Below, in pieces: positions 62,201 to 64,000 of a DNA stretch of 64,000 bases; within the stretch, counting starts at the first letter, position 1; each line of letters opens with the position of its first letter. This DNA comes from Macrostomum hystrix (taxonomy: Eukaryota; Animalia; Platyhelminthes): positions 806,001 to 870,000 of the forward strand of contig CATNEN010000005.1 of the NCBI GenBank assembly GCA_950097015.1, given 5' to 3'. The notes below the pieces were generated by a model, which saw only the letters and a list, made by a program, of their open reading frames with translations, did no database searches and was not told where the DNA came from. Both the position numbers and the translations under genes were made by a program.

Positions 62201-62554
62201 ACATGAGAAAGATGAAGACTGGGGAACATGAGAAAGATGAAGACTGGGGAACACGAGAAAGATGAAGACTGGGGAACACGAGAAAGATGAAGACTGGGGA
62301 ACATGAGAAAGATGAAGACTGGGGAACATGAGAAAGACGGAGAGTGATACAACATTGTGAAATCTTGAACCATTTCAGGTGTACCGTACGAGATCACCAC
62401 GTACACCTCGGACAAGTCCGGCGCCGGGACAAGCGCCAATGTATTCATACAGATCTACGGAGCTGAGACTCAGACTGAGCAGTCTTTCCTCTGCCCCAAA
62501 ACTGAGCGCTCCGGAAAATTCAAACGCGGTGGCGTCGACAAGTTTGTACTGGAG
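29122..62554 (+). CDS. LOXHD1: LOXHD1-like multi-PLAT (lipoxygenase homology) protein gene; 14 exons in window, 3' end outside
   Basis: Repeated PLAT motifs (Y.V.V.TGD..GAGTDA.V; HD..G..PGW.L..V; F.C..WL....D). Exons join in frame with consistent GT-AG phases. Ten complete PLAT repeats plus the start of an eleventh. Confidence 0.9.
29309..29778 (+). CDS. LOXHD1: LOXHD1-like exon 2 (N-terminal region, first half of PLAT1)
   Basis: Polypyrimidine tract plus CAG acceptor; VTYKMAVTTADSEGSGTDAPVFVSLHG; GTGAT donor, phase 0. Confidence 0.85.
29876..30783 (+). CDS. LOXHD1: LOXHD1-like exon 3 (end of PLAT1, PLAT2, PLAT3)
   Basis: CACAG acceptor; TGDQDGAGTDSRV and TGDKSGAGTDADV; GTGAG donor, phase 2. 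Confidence 0.92.
31405..31705 (+). mobile_element. SINE family A, full-length copy in intron 3
   Basis: Highly similar to 13230-13520. Confidence 0.85.
31793..32117 (+). CDS. LOXHD1: LOXHD1-like exon 4 (PLAT4 N-part)
   Basis: AG|A GAG CTG restores RELMAR; KTGDVRNAGTSARV...GPGWFLEW; GTAAGT donor. Confidence 0.9.
32140..32790. repeat. 20-bp minisatellite (GATTATCCCCTCAGTTTAAA-like)
   Basis: Tandem 20-bp register starting just after the exon 4 donor. Confidence 0.92.
33345..33765. repeat. 32-bp minisatellite (TCCTGAAATCTTCAAATCCCGACAACTCCGAA)n
   Basis: Tandem units. Confidence 0.93.
33827..33953 (+). CDS. LOXHD1: LOXHD1-like exon 5 (PLAT4 C-part; not in ORF track)
   Basis: CCAG acceptor; VQIYCPVTGIEQTFVCKEWLDTKDGCDRTLLEDKALRKIRSI; GTAAGT donor, phase 1. 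Confidence 0.88.
34211..34999. mobile_element. Non-autonomous TIR element, probably Tc1/mariner-type
   Basis: Inverted repeats GGTGTCCCAAAAGTCCGTG / CACGGACTTTTGGGACACC, flanked by TA at 34209-10 and 35000-01. No intact transposase. Confidence 0.55.
35280..36375. repeat. Compound minisatellite, 23-bp + 28-bp subunits forming a 51-bp higher-order unit
   Basis: Alternating GGAATCGCAGCAGGATAGTAGTT and GGAATCGCAGCAGGAGAATATAAAGAAT. Confidence 0.95.
37180..38040. repeat. 21-bp minisatellite (AGCATGAATTATCGAGGGGTT)n, left part
   Basis: Tandem units ending at the LTR junction. Confidence 0.95.
38041..38238 (-). repeat. 3' LTR
   Basis: TGTAAGAC...GCTTACA, adjacent to the polypurine tract. Confidence 0.95.
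38265..40690 (-). CDS. pol: Gypsy pol C-part: RT (YIDD), RNase H, integrase with GPY motif
   Basis: YIDDII; SCDSSQ/ELLA/YSDH/VPDALSR; HHCC zinc finger; QIDIKGP, HSDQG, VVERGN; GPYRIL. It is separated from the upstream pol part by a frameshift near 40685. Confidence 0.92.
40685..41941 (-). CDS. pol: Gypsy pol N-part: aspartic protease and RT N-terminus, entered by -1 frameshift
   Basis: LLDTGA protease motif; SPWASNLLVVRKKNGDIRLCTDWRQLN; ends at KTAF* prematurely. Confidence 0.9.
   Translation of the reverse strand, partial: GKLLRVGSLGPAPTPSQGAHRSASSIFVPVRFGRHSSPALLDTGAQISLMDKSLYDKLDCRLDCSDISVMPTSVDGSRLRCLGLTTAEVAIGSAIRARHSFTVVDGIQPRLILGMDFIGRVSQTVTIDMKEGVVRFDSDTVAFSSEQPRASCRLVPSVLVARVAVNTELPARSEKVVWLRVDSSREQGVFKPCEDFVAATAVLSARVLTISDDGRIPVKMCNLAEEPVLLYANKAVGTFEGAMAGGRSDYFQEDPLGWNINPELSEADAEKLRQLLEQNEDLFARHEYDLGNTELLQHRIDLEPGTRPHRQVQRRLPLSVRDQVDKKIGQMLDSGIIEPSMSPWASNLLVVRKKNGDIRLCTDWRQLNACTVKDAYPLPHLQQAMDALVGCSWFSTIDCRQGYHQVEVAEEDRPKTAF
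41880..41941 (-). promoter_or_regulatory. Programmed -1 ribosomal frameshift signal (G GGA AAC + stem-loop/pseudoknot)
   Basis: Slippery heptamer at 41935-41941, 6-nt spacer, 8-bp stem GGGTCGGC/GCCGACCC. A -1 slip puts translation in the pol frame (GKLLRV). Confidence 0.8.
41929..42723 (-). CDS. gag: Gypsy gag with two CCHC zinc knuckles
   Basis: ATG at 42723 just after the PBS (MTKQESLLPQKFSG); CFSCGEVGHIARQC and CSRCSGKGHTAAVC. Confidence 0.92.
   Translation of the reverse strand: MTKQESLLPQKFSGAGSDSNVRMWLSMFEDFADDSDWDDKKKAKKLKLLLSGEAQIFVWELPDEKKVSYEQLKVELIGHFGDSLSSYRAMEEFEERKRRPNESLRELAYNLKLLHLRARPDDSVDAREKDVKFRLMRLLPAAVRDTLLKDQDADSCPLTVLIDRAARIELVSRQSSATSAAVTAEDSRISRLEQQVQQLAAGVRTGAAGKESRQRAIKCFSCGEVGHIARQCPRAAGARCSRCSGKGHTAAVCPTPAAQPQGNC
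42731..42742 (-). promoter_or_regulatory. Primer-binding site complementary to the tRNA-Leu 3' end
   Basis: TGGTGGCAGCGGT lies one base after the 5' LTR and complements ...ACCGCUGCCA-CCA of eukaryotic tRNA-Leu(AAG/UAG). Confidence 0.75.
42744..42941 (-). repeat. 5' LTR
   Basis: Matches 38041-38238. Confidence 0.95.
42942..43905. repeat. 21-bp minisatellite, right part
   Basis: Resumes in register after the TSD. Confidence 0.95.
44395..44787 (+). CDS. LOXHD1: LOXHD1-like exon 6 (PLAT5)
   Basis: TCAG acceptor, phase 1; EEWIAEVYTGNLQNAGTDAKV...CDRWLADSEGD; GTGAGT donor. Confidence 0.92.
44805..45300. repeat. 26-bp G-rich minisatellite (TTGATAGTCACAGCTTGGGGAAGGGG)n
   Basis: Tandem units right after the exon 6 donor. 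Confidence 0.93.
45638..45792 (+). CDS. LOXHD1: LOXHD1-like exon 7 (PLAT6 N-part)
   Basis: CGCAG acceptor; QKYHILVKTGKMRYAGTDANV...NPFERKQ; GTGAGT donor. Confidence 0.9.
46850..49045. repeat. 22-bp/18-bp variant minisatellite (GAACACTCGAAGGAATCCACAA / GAACACTCGAATTCACAA)
   Basis: About 2.2 kb of interleaved units. Confidence 0.97.
49539..49699 (+). CDS. LOXHD1: LOXHD1-like exon 8 (PLAT6 middle; not in ORF track)
   Basis: TTTTTAG acceptor; EDEFIIEAVGLGDQIDKVRIGHDGTKPGAGWYLEKVTVWCEDRPEHKWDFICDR; GTAAC donor, phase 2. Confidence 0.9.
50383..50453 (+). CDS. LOXHD1: LOXHD1-like exon 9 (PLAT6 end; not in ORF track)
   Basis: R-WLDKNEDDGQIERDLTWLGSMLD; AG acceptor and GTGAGT donor with matching phases. 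Confidence 0.88.
50536..50729 (+). CDS. LOXHD1: LOXHD1-like exon 10 (PLAT7 N-part)
   Basis: LSYNVSVKTGDVQGAGTDANV...SPDIGE; phase 1 to phase 0. Confidence 0.88.
50790..51165 (+). mobile_element. tRNA-derived SINE family B, full length with (ATT)n tail
   Basis: A-box GGTGGCAGAGCGG, B-box-like AGTTCGATTCC and an ATT tail. Other copies at 1-280, 23905, 30890-31235 and 60465. Confidence 0.85.
51939..52736 (-). CDS. Neuropeptide precursor (265 aa): signal peptide, acidic spacer, 18 x AGLLHF-G flanked by KR/KKR, acidic tail; nested antisense in LOXHD1 intron 10
   Basis: MWRMSIATFLAVICACCLA signal; Gly amide donor plus dibasic cleavage sites after every copy. All substitutions among the repeats are synonymous, and length variants are whole Lys codons. 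Confidence 0.93.
   Translation of the reverse strand: MWRMSIATFLAVICACCLAESQVVTDSPTVESWLQAQQANEVIPMSNAEADVVIDGDDADGEGFEKRAGLLHFGKRAGLLHFGKKRAGLLHFGKRAGLLHFGKRAGLLHFGKKRAGLLHFGKKRAGLLHFGKKRAGLLHFGKKRAGLLHFGKKRAGLLHFGKRAGLLHFGKRAGLLHFGKKRAGLLHFGKRAGLLHFGKRAGLLHFGKRAGLLHFGKRAGLLHFGKRAGLLHFGKRDPDNNLIDETEPSDLLLDDDSAYFNESDD
52763..52845 (-). other. Predicted 83-nt 5'UTR intron of the neuropeptide gene
   Basis: Minus strand TATAG|GTACGC...TTTTTGTCTTTTTTCAG|ATTATT, 26 nt upstream of the ATG. Confidence 0.6.
52973..52979 (-). promoter_or_regulatory. TATA box (TATAAAA) of the neuropeptide gene
   Basis: Lies about 130 nt upstream of the predicted first donor; CCAAT motif at ~53012-53016. Confidence 0.5.
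53695..54535. repeat. 59-bp/41-bp minisatellite with an E-box (TCACGTGA) in almost every unit
   Basis: 16 units; the long units also carry the inverted repeat AGAAATGG-TAAA-CCATTTCT. Confidence 0.92.
54634..54826 (+). CDS. LOXHD1: LOXHD1-like exon 11 (PLAT7 C-part)
   Basis: CACAG acceptor; LERIRIRHDGKLANSGWFLDWV...AHRWLDTNEAD; GTGAGT donor. Confidence 0.92.
54979..57006 (+). CDS. LOXHD1: LOXHD1-like exon 12 (PLAT8 with ~400-aa disordered insert, PLAT9)
   Basis: CGCAG acceptor; open reading for 2028 nt; GTGAG donor after KLEKK. ORF-track residues beyond 57006 are intron read-through. Confidence 0.9.
58131..58529 (+). CDS. LOXHD1: LOXHD1-like exon 13 (PLAT10)
   Basis: AFSDTYHIKVYTGDVSGAGTDANC...CGEWIGKSKGDGQLEKTL; GTGAGT donor. 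Confidence 0.92.
58563..58780 (+). mobile_element. SINE family A, internally deleted copy
   Basis: GAAGGTCGGGG...TGTCCTTTAGCAACACACTT...CAGTCCATGGACTGAACAGCCGTACGCAGCC. Confidence 0.7.
59260..59730. repeat. 20-bp minisatellite, inverted relative of the 37-44 kb array
   Basis: (CATGCTTCCCCTCGATAATT)n is the reverse complement of the AATTATCGAGGGGAAGCATG variant. Confidence 0.92.
60465..60620 (+). mobile_element. SINE family B, degenerate 3' fragment
   Basis: CTCCAAGGCACAGTGAGAG...CTCCTCGCTGGC...TGTCACCAAATGAT...ATT tail. Confidence 0.65.
61552..62340. repeat. 25-bp purine-rich minisatellite with two unit types
   Basis: GAGGTTGTGGAACACGAGAAAGAGG up to ~62030, then GAAAGATGAAGACTGGGGAACATGA. 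Confidence 0.95.
62379..62554 (+). CDS. LOXHD1: LOXHD1-like exon 14 (PLAT11 N-part; not in ORF track)
   Basis: TTTCAG acceptor; RVPYEITTYTSDKSGAGTSANVFIQIYG...FKRGGVDKFVLE; GTGAG donor. Confidence 0.9.
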
Positions 62555-62574
62555 GTGAGCACATGCGCGTGTGT

Positions 62575-63885
62575 TCAATCAGAATTCTTCAGTGTTATAT
62601 CCTCAGATTCTTCAGTGTTCTATCCTCAGATTCTTCAGTGTTCTATCCTCAGATTCTTCAGTGTTCTATCCTCAGATTCTTCAGTGTTCTATCCTCAGAT
62701 TCTTTAGGGTTCTATCCTTAGATTCTTCAGGGTTCTATCCTCAGATTCTTCAGTATTCCATCCCCATATTATTCAGTATTCTATCCTCAGATTCTTCAGT
62801 GTTCTATCCTCAGATTCTTCAGGGTTCTATCATCAGATTCTTCAGTGTTCTATCCTCAGATTCTTCAGGGTTCTATCCTCAGATTCTTCAGTGTTCTATC
62901 TTCAGATTCTTCAGTGTTCTATTATCAGATTCTTCAGGGTTCTATCCTCAGATTCTTCAGTGTTCTATCCTCAGATTCTTCAGTATTCTATCCTCAGATT
63001 CTTCAGTATTCTATCCTCAGATTCTTCAGTGTTCTATCCTCAGATTTTTCAGGGTTCTATCCTCAGATTCTTCAGTGTTCTATCCTCAGATTCTTTAGGG
63101 TTCTATCCTTAGATTCTTCAGGGTTCTATCCTCAGATTCTTCAGTGTTCTATCCTTAGATTCTTCAGTGTTCTATTCTCAGATTCTTCAGGGTTCTATCC
63201 TCAGATTCTTCAGGGTTCTATTATCAGATTCTTCAGTGTTCTATCCTCAGATTCTTCAGTGTTCTATCCTCAGATTCTTCAGTGTTCTATCCTCAGATTT
63301 TTCAGGGTTCTATCCTCAGATTCTTCAGTGTTCTATCCTCAGATTCTTTAGGGTTCTATCCTTAGATTCTTCAGGGTTCTATCCTCAGATTCTTCAGGGT
63401 TCTATCCTCAGATTCTTCAGTGTTCTATCCTTAGATTCTTCAGTGTTCTATTCTCAGATTCTTCAGGGTTCTATTATCAGATTCTTCAGGGTTCTATCCT
63501 CAGATTCTTCAGTGTTCTATCCTCAGATTCTTTAGGGTTCTATCCTTAGATTCTTCAGGGTTCTATCCTCAGATTCTTCAGTGTTCTATCCTTAGATTCT
63601 TCAGTGTTCTATTCTCAGATTCTTCAGGGTTCTATCCTCAGATTCTTCAGGGTTCTATTATCAGATTCTTCAGGGTTCTATCCTCAGATTCTTCAGTATT
63701 CTATCCTCAGATTCTTCAGTGTTCTATCCTCAGATTCTTCAGTGTTCTATCCTCAGATTTTTCAGGGTTCTATCCTCATATTCTTCAGTGTTCTATCCTC
63801 AGATTCTTCAGGGTTCTATCCATGGATTCTTCAGGGTTCTATCCATAAATTCTTTAGGGTTCTATCCATAGATTCTTATCCATAG
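62575..63885. repeat. 23-bp minisatellite (CTCAGATTCTTCAGTGTTCTATC)n
   Basis: Tandem units after the exon 14 donor. Confidence 0.96.
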
Positions 63886-64000
63886 ATCGAAATTTTTCTA
63901 TCTTGAATGACAACCAGGTTTTTTATTTTAGGAGAACGAGAAAATCGTTTTTGTTTGTTCAATAATTTTTGCCGGATCTAAAAGCAAATATTGAAGCGTT

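Overview
This is AT-rich, intron- and repeat-rich metazoan genomic DNA. The many 18-25 bp minisatellites and GC-rich exons would fit a free-living flatworm such as Macrostomum, but that is inference, not a database result. The left 21 kb holds five tandem, intronless, minus-strand paralogs encoding secreted PAN/Apple-like plus LamG/concanavalin-like proteins. They share a nearly invariant 431-bp block but have divergent C-terminal halves. Interspersed are SINEs, a truncated Crypton-like (DUF3504-type) element, a degenerate DIRS/Ngaro-type RT carrying a hAT-type MITE, a degenerate RTE-like LINE and a single-exon RING gene. From 29.1 kb to beyond the window end lies a plus-strand LOXHD1-like multi-PLAT gene. 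I could join 14 exons in frame with consistent GT-AG phases, giving 10 complete PLAT repeats and 1 partial. Its introns contain a very young Ty3/Gypsy element (identical 198-bp LTRs, GCAT target-site duplication, tRNA-Leu primer site, -1 frameshift signal) inserted into a 21-bp minisatellite. They also contain an antisense nested neuropeptide precursor gene encoding 18 identical copies of AGLLHF-amide. The top leads are this neuropeptide precursor and the constant/variable PAN-LamG array with its gene-conversion mosaic.
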